Shown in pieces: positions 48,350 through 57,524 of a stretch of 64,000 nucleotides of DNA (positions are counted from its first letter, which is position 1; each line of letters begins with the position of its first letter). The DNA is from Usitatibacteraceae bacterium (GTDB lineage: Bacteria; Pseudomonadota; Gammaproteobacteria; Burkholderiales; Usitatibacteraceae), in contig JBGAUM010000002.1 in assembly GCA_044228625.1 (NCBI GenBank), forward strand, positions 21,056-85,055, in the 5' to 3' direction. A program made the position numbers and the translations under genes. The notes under the pieces were generated by a model, which worked only from the letters and a program-made list of their open reading frames with translations, ran no database searches and had not been told where the DNA came from.

Positions 48350-50161
48350 ATGTCCTATCAGCCTGTCCAAAAACCAATAGACATTCAGGCAGTAAGACGA
48401 GCCATTTCGGCAGGCGATGCACTCGCGGCAATCGACCTGTTGCGCGACGCGGGTGCCGAACCACAGACGCTTGAGAAGAGGCAGCTATTGGCCATCGCCC
48501 TGCTGCGAGCCGGGGCGCTCAAGGACGCCCAGCGGGCCGTCCGGGAATTGATCGAAGAAGGTCACGATGATGAGGAAACGCTCGGCCTCGCCGCGCGCGA
48601 GGCCAAATCCCGCTACTTGCATGGTGAACCGGACGCGTTGAAGGAAGCCCGCGCCGCGTATTTGCGGGCCTTTCAAGTCACGCGTGGCACCTGGACGGGC
48701 ATCAACGCCGCAACATTGGCGCTGCTGGATGGTGATGAAGACGAAGCAAAGCGACTGGCGACGGAAGTCGGCGCTTTGCTGGCAGCGGCTCCCGCGGGGT
48801 CGCGAGCCACGTATTGGCATGAAGCGACGTCTGGCGAAGTGGCGCTCTTGCTGGGCGATCTCCAGAAGGCCATCGCGCATTATTCGGCGGCGCGCCGCAT
48901 CGAGCCGAGGGCGTACGGTAATCACCGATCGGTGCGCGACAACGCCTTGGCGATTCTTTCCGCCAGGGGATTGCCGTCGTCCACGCTGCAGGGGGTATTT
49001 CCCGGCGTGGGCGTGGCAGCTTTCTCCGGCCACATGGTGGATTCCCCGGGCCGGACACCACCGAGGTTTCCTCCGCATCTGGTGGGGAGCGTGGCCACTT
49101 CAATCGAACAGGCCATCCGCGAGCACGGTGTGGAGATCGGCGTTGCGGGAGCGGCGTGTGGTGGCGACATCCTGTTCCTGGAGGCCATGCAAAGGCTTGG
49201 CAAGGAAACCATCATTGTGCTTCCCCATCCCGTCGAAGCATTTCGAAAAGTGAGCGTGACGGATCCTGCCGGTGAGGCATGGGGCAAGCGATTCGACACC
49301 GTGGTTGCAAGCGCCTCAGAACTGATCGTCCTTGCGCCCCATTTGGGTGAAGACCTGGCCTACCAGTTTCAGGGCGCCGTCATGGCCGGAATCTCCTTGC
49401 AGCGCGCACGCGCGATTAATGGTCATGCGGTGGGGCTGGCACTATGGGATGGACTTCAGGGCGGGGTCGGTGGCACGGGGGCGGTCGTCGAGGAATGGGC
49501 GGCACGCGGCATCGAGGTGGCCTGCTTGCCTTTGGGGGAGGGAAGGGCAACGCGATTGGCACCGATCGAGGCACAGCAACGGCTTGCCACGATGGATCTA
49601 CGTCATGCTGCAGGACAGCGTGTCGTCTCCATCCTCTTTGCGGATGCCGTCGGTTTCAGCAGGCTGGGAGAATTTCAGGTCAAGGCGTTTGTGCGTGAAT
49701 TCTGGGGCCGGGCGGCAAAAATTGTCGACGCCATCCCGGATGGCCAGGTCTTGTCTGCCAATACCTGGGGGGATGGCCTTTTCCTGGTGATCGAGGATGC
49801 GGTCACGGCTGCAGACGCCGCGCTTGAGTTATCGGCCATGGTCACTTCGACGGAATGGAATCGTTTGGGGTTGCCATCCGACACCAACATCCGGATCGCG
49901 GTACATGCCGGGCCAGTGTACGAGGTGGAAGACCCCATCACGAAGCACCGTGGCTTTGCCGGGATGCATATCAGCCGGGCCGCGCGCATTGAGCCGGTCA
50001 CCCCCCCGGGGGAAGTGTATGTCAGCGAAGCATTTGCAGGCCTGTTGGAATTCGACGACCACCAAGACCGGTTCCTGTGTGAGTTCGTCGGGACGGTGCC
50101 GATGGCAAAAGAGTATGGTAGGTTTCGGACCTACCGGCTGGCCTATCGCAAAATGCCTTGA
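48350..50161 (+). CDS. TPR (DUF4071/TRAFs-binding-like) + SLOG-like + class III nucleotidyl cyclase fusion protein; candidate signal generator
   Basis: Start is ATG 48350, or GTG 48218. N-terminal helical repeats carry GINAATLALL and YWHEATSGEVALLLGDLQKAIAHY. The middle region VAAFSGHMVDSPGRTPPRFPP...GVAGAACGGDILFLEAM...IIVLP...GLALWDGLQGGVGGTGAVVEE matches the neighbour's N-terminal domain. The C-terminal cyclase motifs are ILFADAVGFS, NTWGDGLFLV, RIAVHAGPV and ISRAARIE. Confidence 0.75.
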   Translation: MSYQPVQKPIDIQAVRRAISAGDALAAIDLLRDAGAEPQTLEKRQLLAIALLRAGALKDAQRAVRELIEEGHDDEETLGLAAREAKSRYLHGEPDALKEARAAYLRAFQVTRGTWTGINAATLALLDGDEDEAKRLATEVGALLAAAPAGSRATYWHEATSGEVALLLGDLQKAIAHYSAARRIEPRAYGNHRSVRDNALAILSARGLPSSTLQGVFPGVGVAAFSGHMVDSPGRTPPRFPPHLVGSVATSIEQAIREHGVEIGVAGAACGGDILFLEAMQRLGKETIIVLPHPVEAFRKVSVTDPAGEAWGKRFDTVVASASELIVLAPHLGEDLAYQFQGAVMAGISLQRARAINGHAVGLALWDGLQGGVGGTGAVVEEWAARGIEVACLPLGEGRATRLAPIEAQQRLATMDLRHAAGQRVVSILFADAVGFSRLGEFQVKAFVREFWGRAAKIVDAIPDGQVLSANTWGDGLFLVIEDAVTAADAALELSAMVTSTEWNRLGLPSDTNIRIAVHAGPVYEVEDPITKHRGFAGMHISRAARIEPVTPPGEVYVSEAFAGLLEFDDHQDRFLCEFVGTVPMAKEYGRFRTYRLAYRKMP

Positions 50162-50284
50162 TGCAACGTGGCCAGTTGCCATGACGGCGATTGGCGATCA
50201 CTCGACAACCCTGTCCGGTTTTTTCTGCCTGTAGATTGTGTTGGGGAAAAGTAAAGGTTGGGAAGAGGGACGATGGTGCGCTGT

Positions 50285-52030
50285 TCAGCCGCGCGAACGC
50301 GTTCCAATGACAAAGTACATGTCGATGGCTCCCTTGCCCTTGGCATCGACCTTGCCCCGATATTCGCATTCGAATTCTTCCTGCACGAGATCGTAAGTGT
50401 AGGCTGAAATATTGACGCGGCCTGGCTCGCTGGCGCTTTCGAAGCGGGACGCGAGATTGACGGTGTCGCCCCAAATGTCGTACGCATATTTGCGTTTGCC
50501 CACGACGCCGGCGACGACGGGCCCTGAATGTACGCCGATGCGGATACCCCATTTGAATGGCGACCTCTTGTTGCGTTCGGCCACGTATTCCGCAATGCCC
50601 AGCGCGGCGCGTACGCATCGCAGCGCGTGATCCCCACAAGGCTTGGGCAGCCCGGCGGCGGCCATGTACGCATCGCCGATGGTCTTGATTTTCTCGACGC
50701 CACAACGATCCGTGATGTCATCGAATGCGGCAAACAACTCGTTGAGCTCCGCCACCATGCGGTCGGCCGGAATGCTCGCGACGGCCTGCGTGAAACCGGA
50801 AAAATCCGTGAAAAGGATGGTGACCGATTCAAAGCGGGCCGGCTTTGACTCGCCGGTGCTGGACAATTCGTTTGCCACATCCGCGGGAAGGATGCTGTGC
50901 AGCAGATCCTGGGTACGCGCCTGCTCGGCCTTCAACTGGGCTGTGCGTTCCTCCACTTTTTGTTCAAGTACGGCGTAGGACTGTTTGAGGTGACTGCCCA
51001 TCGCATTGAACTGCCCCGCCAATTCTTCGAGTTCGTCGCCCGTCTGAATGTCAATTTTGCGTTCAAAGTTGCCCCCCCCGATTTCCTTGGCACCCTCCGC
51101 AAGGACCCCGAGCGGTCTCACCAGGCGCTTGGCTAGAAAAAAGCTCGCCGCAACGGAGATCACCAGGCCTGCTGCGAGCAATACCAATGCCCGAATGATC
51201 ACCGGCGTCGTGGCCTCCAGCGCCTCTGCGCGAGGGGTATCCACGAAGACCCGCCACCCCAGAAAGTCGATCGGAGAGTGCGCAGAGATCACAGGCTCCT
51301 GGGCAATGTTGACGCCCATTGAGGACGGCTGCCCTTTCAGCGCCCCGGACACCTGCGGCAGGGCCATAAGATTGGTCTTTTTCAGCACCAATGAAATATC
51401 GGGATGGGCGATCAACGTTCCTGAACCATCCACGACGTAGGTGACGCCCGCTTTTCCGGACCTGATCTTGGACACCACGTTCCAAACCAGTTTCAGGTTC
51501 ACTTCGGCTAACACCGCACCGCCGCCCAATGCGGGCTTGATAATGGTCATGTAAGGTTCGGTCCCTTTCAGGAAATACACCGGGCCAAAACTGGTCTTGC
51601 CTGCCTTGGCAGACGCGTACAACGGATTCGTCGATTGATCGGTACTGGAGCCGCTCGAATCCATGGCCAGCCGTGAGACTCTTGCGCGCTCAATGGCGCT
51701 CTTGTCGATCCATGCGGCTTCGGTAACGGCGGGTACCTGCCGCATGAGCTTGAGCAGCGCGATGCGCCGTTGCTCGATCTCATCACCACTGCCAAACGTG
51801 ACGGGCAATGCCGCCCAGCCCATCTGGTGCTCGATATCAACCACAAACTGCTCAATGCGAATCGCCGCAGAAACCGATTTTTCTGCCTGCAACTCTGTGA
51901 GCTGCGCCTCGGTCTCCTTGACCGAGAAATAGGCGCCGATTCCGCCGCTGAGCATCAGCAAACCGGCCACCAACGACACAATCAATGTGGCGTACTTGGG
52001 GAACAGCCGCCAACGGCGCATTAGCTGCAT
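50285..52030 (-). CDS. membrane adenylate/guanylate cyclase with a periplasmic Cache-like sensor and HAMP
   Basis: TM1 YATLIVSLVAGLLMLSGGIGAYF, a ~270-aa periplasmic region (GVTYVVDGSGTLIAHPD), TM2, then HAMP (RPLGVLAEGAKEIGGGNF...DELEELAGQFN). The class III cyclase part has ILFTDFSGFT, IKTIGDAYMAA, RIGVHSGPVVAGVVG and WGDTVNLASRFE. Start is ATG 52030, or 52021, or TTG 52066. Confidence 0.85.
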   Translation of the reverse strand: MQLMRRWRLFPKYATLIVSLVAGLLMLSGGIGAYFSVKETEAQLTELQAEKSVSAAIRIEQFVVDIEHQMGWAALPVTFGSGDEIEQRRIALLKLMRQVPAVTEAAWIDKSAIERARVSRLAMDSSGSSTDQSTNPLYASAKAGKTSFGPVYFLKGTEPYMTIIKPALGGGAVLAEVNLKLVWNVVSKIRSGKAGVTYVVDGSGTLIAHPDISLVLKKTNLMALPQVSGALKGQPSSMGVNIAQEPVISAHSPIDFLGWRVFVDTPRAEALEATTPVIIRALVLLAAGLVISVAASFFLAKRLVRPLGVLAEGAKEIGGGNFERKIDIQTGDELEELAGQFNAMGSHLKQSYAVLEQKVEERTAQLKAEQARTQDLLHSILPADVANELSSTGESKPARFESVTILFTDFSGFTQAVASIPADRMVAELNELFAAFDDITDRCGVEKIKTIGDAYMAAAGLPKPCGDHALRCVRAALGIAEYVAERNKRSPFKWGIRIGVHSGPVVAGVVGKRKYAYDIWGDTVNLASRFESASEPGRVNISAYTYDLVQEEFECEYRGKVDAKGKGAIDMYFVIGTRSRG

Positions 52031-52131
52031 GGCCCACGCAGTTGCATCACGGATTTCATTGCGCAAGTCTAAGCGATGATTCGTAAGGCGGGGCCCACCG
52101 ACATGCGCTCCCTTGACGGATACTTGCAGCG

Positions 52132-52680
52132 ATGAAAACCCAATACGTCACTGCAACCAGCCTCGACGGCTATATCGCCACTGAGGACGATTCTCTTGAA
52201 TGGTTATTTCCCTTGGCCGATTTCAAGGACACAGGATTTGATGCCATTTTGCGGGACGTTGGCGCGGCGGCAATGGGGGCGGCAACCTATGAGTGGATGC
52301 TGAAGCATGTCGTGGGCCGCGGGGCGCCCTGGCCGTACGCATTTCCTGTGTGGGTGTTTTCGCATCGTGTATTGCCCGGTATTTCCGACGCAGACATTCG
52401 CAGGGTCACCGGCGATGTTCGCCCCGTGCATGCCGAGATGTGCGCTGCGGCGGCCGGGCGAAACCGATGGATCGTCGGTGGAGGCGACTTGGCGGGACAA
52501 TTCCTTGACGCGGGGCTGTTGGATGAGCTGGTCCTCTTTGTGGGTTCGGTAATGTTGAACGAGGGAAAACCGCTGCTGCCGCGCAGAATCGTCTCTCCCG
52601 CATTGCACCTTGAGGCCGTGCAGCGCATCGGACCTGGAATGGCGATGTTCAAATATTCGATTCAGAAAAGTGTGGAGTGA
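52132..52680 (+). CDS. dihydrofolate reductase-like (RibD C-terminal domain) family protein
   Basis: 182 aa: MKTQYVTATSLDGYIATEDDSLEWLF...MGAATYEWM...WIVGGGDLAGQFLDAGLLDEL. Confidence 0.75.
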   Translation: MKTQYVTATSLDGYIATEDDSLEWLFPLADFKDTGFDAILRDVGAAAMGAATYEWMLKHVVGRGAPWPYAFPVWVFSHRVLPGISDADIRRVTGDVRPVHAEMCAAAAGRNRWIVGGGDLAGQFLDAGLLDELVLFVGSVMLNEGKPLLPRRIVSPALHLEAVQRIGPGMAMFKYSIQKSVE

Positions 52681-52798
52681 AGTGAAATTGAGGCGGTTGC
52701 GCGGTAAAGTGCCTTATCAATTCCTTGTCAAATCACCATGCATTTTTCAACGCCCGCTGCACTTGGCCGTGGGTTTTGACTGACTTCCAAGCTGCCCG

Positions 52799-55768
52799 AT
52801 GCGTTCCCGCTGCTTTCATATTTTCCTGAGCGCAATCTTGTGGGGCCTATGCACGGTTGGCGCTTCGAACCCGGCCGATGCGGAGACCCCAAAAACCGCA
52901 CCACCGTCAAGCGTAGCGGACGCTGGCGATCGTGCGGGATCCGCTGTGTCTCAATTGAGGATCGACCGGTGGCAGACGGAACAAGGCTTGCCCTTGAACA
53001 CCGTGCAAACTGTGTTTCAAAGTTCTAGCGGGCATCTGTGGGTAGGTACCGCCGGCGGGTTGGCGCGTTTTGACGGCGTGCGATTTACGACATTCGAGGA
53101 AGCTGCGTTACCGGGCATCTTCTCAAAGCCGATTTTTGGAATCTTTGAAGATTCGGCCGGATCCATTTGGTTTGGGCACCATCAAGGGGCGGTGCGGTGG
53201 CGAGAGGGGCGCTTTGAAACCGTATTTGATGCAGACATCACGGATCGAAAGCGAGTTTGGTCCTTTGTCGAGCATCCGAAGGGCACTGTGTGGGCGGCGA
53301 CGGAAAATGGCTTGGTCCGGTGGGAAACCGGAAAGGGCGTCACCAAAATCTACAAAACTTCCGATGGTCTTCCTGTCAATCGCTTGCGTTCGTTGGCCCT
53401 GGATCGCGATGGCACGCTCTGGATTGGGACCACCGGCGGCGGTTTGGTGTCGTTCGGCGGGAGCCAGTTTGTCGTCAAGAGTCCTGCCAACGGTTTTCCC
53501 CATGCGGAAGTCCGGCATGTCTTGGCAAGTGCGGAAGGCGGCGTATGGGCGGCCACCGCAGGCGGCGGATTGGTTCACGTGCTCCGGGACAAGCAACGGG
53601 TCTTCGGATTGAAGGAAGGATTGCCGACCAATCAACTGACTCACCTGGCCAACGCACCGGATGGCACGCTTTGGATTGGCACTTGGGGATCGGGCATCGT
53701 CCGATACCGCGATGGACGATTCGATACGCTGGCCTCGGCAGGCGGGCTGGCGGGCGACCAGATCTGGTGTCTGCTCGCCGACCGGGAGAACAGCGTTTGG
53801 GTCGGCACATGGTCGGGCGGGCTTAACCGGTTGAGGTCGCGACCGTTTGTGCTGGTCGGCAAGCCGGAGGGCCTGACGCACGACAATGTGCGTTCCGTGT
53901 TGCATCGCAAAGACGGCACCGTTTGGGTGTCGGCGTCCGGCGGCGGTATCAGCCGGCTCGAAAATGACGGCGTGAAGCCTTTGGGCCTCCGCGACGGGCT
54001 CCCGACACTGGAAACGTCGGCGCTATACGAGGATACCGATGGGTCGATGTGGATCGGCACGTACACCGAGGGCGCTGTTCGATGGTTCAGCGGCCGCACC
54101 CAACGCTTCGGCGCCGGTCAAGGATTGCCCAGCGTGGACGTTCGGTCGTTCCTTCGCGATTCCCGCGGTTACTTGTGGGTGGGTACCAAGGCGGGCGTTG
54201 CGCGTTGGAATGGCAAGGCGTTTGAAACCATCAAGGGTCCCAATGCGCCGACCGAAGGTGTCGCGGCCATGCTGGAAGACAGGCAAAAGCGCGTCTGGTT
54301 TGGCACCACGGGCGGCGGGTTGTACAAGTTTGAGGCAGGAGAATTTTCGGTGTTGACCCGAAAGGAAGGGTTGTCTTCCAATTGGATCATTTCGCTTTTT
54401 GAGGACAGTCGCGGCGCGTTGTGGGCGGGAACCGGGGGGGAAGGCATCATCCGCATCAAGGCCGATCGCGTCAGCGTGATTCGCCCTGCGGATGGAATCT
54501 GGGACGGCGTTGTTCAAACTCTCCTTCCCGACCGTTTCGGAAACCTCTGGGTGACCTGCAACCGCGGGTTCTACAAGGTCTCGCAAGCCGAACTTGACGC
54601 GTTCGCGGATGGCCGGGCAAGCAAGGTGAACTCGACCGGATTCGGACCCGGAGATGCGCTTCGCAGCACGACATTTGCAGGAGGTCTGCAACCTGCGGGC
54701 AGCATCGACGCCCGTGGACGCTTGTGGCTTGCAAGCTTCAGCGGCCTCGTCATTGTGGACCCAGCGCGCCTGCCCGGCGAAGGGCGCGCGCCTGTCGCAG
54801 CTGTTGAGGAAGCCCTTGTCAATGGCCATGCGGCAAATTGGCGCAGAGGCGTCGTTGTGCCAGCAGGCCCGCAATCGGTCTCCATCCGGTACTTCACCAC
54901 CTCCTTGAAGGAATCGGAGCGCACGCAGTTTCGCTATCGCATGGAGGGGTTGCCCGGTGACTGGATCATCGCGGGAAAGAACCGCGAAGCAACTTTTCCC
55001 TCGCTTCCTTATGGAAACTACAGGTTCCTGGTGTCCGCCTCACTCGACGGCAAGAACTGGGGTGAAATGGCGGAGCTGCCTGTGACCGTCGAGCCTTTCT
55101 TTTGGCAAACGCGGTGGTTTCTGGCGATGTCCCTTGCGGGGTTGGTGGCGCTCGCATTGGGAGTCTTCAAATGGCGCACGCAGCAATTGCGTTCACGCCA
55201 AGCGGAGCTTGAGAGATTGGTGGCAGAGAAGACCGAGGCATTGCGGCAGGCCAACGAACACCTTTCGCGCTTGTCCATGGCCGATCCGCTGACCGGTCTG
55301 GCGAACCGTCGCCGACTCGAGGAGGTGCTGCGAGATGAATGGCGCCGCGCGGAGCGATCGGGGTCCTCTCTGGCCATCCTGATGGCGGATATTGATGCAT
55401 TCAAGGCCTACAACGACTCATTGGGTCATTTGGCGGGAGATCGTTGCCTTTCCGACGTTGCCCATACGTTGGCCGAGTGCGCGAGCCGGCCCGGAGATTT
55501 CATTGCCCGATACGGCGGGGAGGAGTTTCTGGTGGTGCTGCCCGGGCTGGATGTCGAGCAGGCCCTGGGATTGGCCGAGCGCATGCGCCAAGCCTGCGAG
55601 TGGCGCCAGATGCCTCATCCCGCCAATCCTGCGGCTCCCGTGGTGACCATCAGCGTGGGCGCAGCGGCTACGATTCCGCTCGCAGGGGAAACCGTGGAAT
55701 CATTGATCCACCAGGCGGACGCTGCGCTGTATCGCGCCAAGCAGGAAGGGCGAAACCGTTGCCGCTGA
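52799..55768 (+). CDS. sensor diguanylate cyclase: signal peptide, two-component-regulator beta-propeller repeats, Y_Y_Y-like domain, TM, GGDEF
   Basis: 989 aa with many repeats of the type D..G.lWiGT.gGl.r. The TM is FLAMSLAGLVALALGVF, followed by a coiled coil. The GGDEF domain has DPLTGLANRR, DIDAFKAYND and RYGGEEF. Confidence 0.88.
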   Translation: MRSRCFHIFLSAILWGLCTVGASNPADAETPKTAPPSSVADAGDRAGSAVSQLRIDRWQTEQGLPLNTVQTVFQSSSGHLWVGTAGGLARFDGVRFTTFEEAALPGIFSKPIFGIFEDSAGSIWFGHHQGAVRWREGRFETVFDADITDRKRVWSFVEHPKGTVWAATENGLVRWETGKGVTKIYKTSDGLPVNRLRSLALDRDGTLWIGTTGGGLVSFGGSQFVVKSPANGFPHAEVRHVLASAEGGVWAATAGGGLVHVLRDKQRVFGLKEGLPTNQLTHLANAPDGTLWIGTWGSGIVRYRDGRFDTLASAGGLAGDQIWCLLADRENSVWVGTWSGGLNRLRSRPFVLVGKPEGLTHDNVRSVLHRKDGTVWVSASGGGISRLENDGVKPLGLRDGLPTLETSALYEDTDGSMWIGTYTEGAVRWFSGRTQRFGAGQGLPSVDVRSFLRDSRGYLWVGTKAGVARWNGKAFETIKGPNAPTEGVAAMLEDRQKRVWFGTTGGGLYKFEAGEFSVLTRKEGLSSNWIISLFEDSRGALWAGTGGEGIIRIKADRVSVIRPADGIWDGVVQTLLPDRFGNLWVTCNRGFYKVSQAELDAFADGRASKVNSTGFGPGDALRSTTFAGGLQPAGSIDARGRLWLASFSGLVIVDPARLPGEGRAPVAAVEEALVNGHAANWRRGVVVPAGPQSVSIRYFTTSLKESERTQFRYRMEGLPGDWIIAGKNREATFPSLPYGNYRFLVSASLDGKNWGEMAELPVTVEPFFWQTRWFLAMSLAGLVALALGVFKWRTQQLRSRQAELERLVAEKTEALRQANEHLSRLSMADPLTGLANRRRLEEVLRDEWRRAERSGSSLAILMADIDAFKAYNDSLGHLAGDRCLSDVAHTLAECASRPGDFIARYGGEEFLVVLPGLDVEQALGLAERMRQACEWRQMPHPANPAAPVVTISVGAAATIPLAGETVESLIHQADAALYRAKQEGRNRCR

Positions 55769-55804
55769 AGACGCGTTCGGGACCGCCGATGGGCGGGATC
55801 TGAC

Positions 55805-56161
55805 CTAGAGAAAAGCCGACACGCCGCGCAACCGCATCGCCATGGAACGCATGATATGCAACGCAAAGTCAGGATTGGCGGCCGTCAATTCGCGGAACTT
55901 GACGTCATCAATGGCGATGAAATTGCAGTCTTCGCGTGCCACAAGGGTCGCCGAACGCGGCGAATCATCAATAATGGCCATTTCGCCCACGATGTCGCCC
56001 GGTTGCAAAGTCTCGACCACTTTGCCCCGGATCAGGACATCCGCGCGTCCAGCCATCAGCACCAGCATGGATCGGCCGGGGTCTCCTTCCGAAAAAACCG
56101 TGTGGCCGACGGGAACGGAAAGGATGTCGGTCTGGTGCATCAGGAATTCTTCGAGTTTCAT
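55805..56161 (-). CDS. stand-alone cyclic-nucleotide-binding domain protein
   Basis: ATG at 56161 preceded by GGGAG. About 118 aa with FSEGDPGRSMLVLMAGRADV...LQPGDIVGEMAIIDDSPRSATLVA, the FGE..l....pRsAt cNMP cassette. No HTH follows. Confidence 0.8.
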   Translation of the reverse strand: MKLEEFLMHQTDILSVPVGHTVFSEGDPGRSMLVLMAGRADVLIRGKVVETLQPGDIVGEMAIIDDSPRSATLVAREDCNFIAIDDVKFRELTAANPDFALHIMRSMAMRLRGVSAFL

Positions 56162-56273
56162 TCTGGACTCCCGGATCGAATGACCAAGCATAGCGCAATT
56201 TGGCGCGTGGCCGAGTGCCCTCGCGGTTTAGAATGCGCTTCTTTTCCTGCCGGACGCCACAAGCCGAAGCCAG

Positions 56274-57476
56274 ATGAATACGACCTTTTACCAGCGGGTG
56301 GGCGACACACTTGACCAGATCCGCGCTGATGGATTTTTCAAGACAGAACGCCGTATCGCCACGCCGCAAAAAGCGCACATTGCGTTGGCTGATGGCACGA
56401 AGGTCGTCAATTTTTGCGCCAACAATTACCTCGGGCTGGCGGATGATCCGCGACTGGTCGCTGCGGCACGGCGTGGCCTAGACGAGCATGGGTTCGGCAT
56501 GGCCTCTGTTCGCTTCATTTGCGGCACGCAGACCACCCACCGAGAATTGGAAGGCGCCATTGCCCGGTTCTTGGGCACCGAAGACTCTATTCTCTACAGC
56601 TCGTGTTTCGATGCCAACGGCGGCCTGTTCGAAACCTTGCTGACCGACGAGGATGCAATCATCAGCGATGAACTGAACCATGCGAGCATCATCGATGGCG
56701 TGCGGTTGTGCAAGGCCAAGCGCTTCAGATATCGCAACAACGACATGGCGGACCTGGAAGCGCAACTGAAGGCCGCCGACGCGGCCGGCGCGAAGGTCAA
56801 GATGATCGCGACCGACGGCGTGTTTTCCATGGACGGCATCATTGCCGACTTGAAGTCGGTCTGTGAATTGGCCGACCGGTATGACGCGCTGGTCATGGTG
56901 GATGATTCCCATGCCGTCGGATTTGTCGGTGAGCACGGGCAGGGCAGTGCGGAGTATTGCGGAGTAGCGGCGCGGATCGACATTTATTCCGGTACGCTCG
57001 GCAAGGCATTGGGGGGCGCTTCCGGCGGATACATTGCCGCAAGACAAGCCGTTGTTGACTTGTTGCGGCAACGGTCGCGGCCTTACCTGTTTTCCAATTC
57101 GCTGGCGCCTGCCATTGTGACAGCTTCGCTTGAAGTCCTGAATCTACTCGGAACTGCCGAGGGGGCAGCGCTACGTGCCAAGGTCAAGGCCAATGGCGAG
57201 CGCTTTCGACATGCGATGCATGCGGCAGGCTTTGTGCTGGCAGGCAAGGACCACCCGATTGTTCCGGTGATGCTTGGGGATGCTGCATTGGCCACGCGCA
57301 TGGCCGATGCCTTGTTGGCCGAAGGCATCTACGTCATTGGCTTCAGTTTTCCGGTGGTGCCGCGAGGAAAAGCGCGCATTCGCACCCAGATGTCTGCGGC
57401 GCATTCCGAGGCTGATATCGACCATGCGGTCGCGTCCTTCGTAAAGGTGGGACGCGCCCTCGGCGCCATCGCCTGA
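56274..57476 (+). CDS. kbl: glycine C-acetyltransferase (2-amino-3-ketobutyrate CoA ligase)
   Basis: 400 aa: [37 protein letters not shown], and the PLP-lysine context TLGKALGG. It is followed by tdh. Confidence 0.92.
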   Translation: MNTTFYQRVGDTLDQIRADGFFKTERRIATPQKAHIALADGTKVVNFCANNYLGLADDPRLVAAARRGLDEHGFGMASVRFICGTQTTHRELEGAIARFLGTEDSILYSSCFDANGGLFETLLTDEDAIISDELNHASIIDGVRLCKAKRFRYRNNDMADLEAQLKAADAAGAKVKMIATDGVFSMDGIIADLKSVCELADRYDALVMVDDSHAVGFVGEHGQGSAEYCGVAARIDIYSGTLGKALGGASGGYIAARQAVVDLLRQRSRPYLFSNSLAPAIVTASLEVLNLLGTAEGAALRAKVKANGERFRHAMHAAGFVLAGKDHPIVPVMLGDAALATRMADALLAEGIYVIGFSFPVVPRGKARIRTQMSAAHSEADIDHAVASFVKVGRALGAIA

Positions 57477-57524
57477 TTTTTTGCGCCTTCAATCGCCCAT
57501 TTGCGACCAGGAATTGAAACGACC

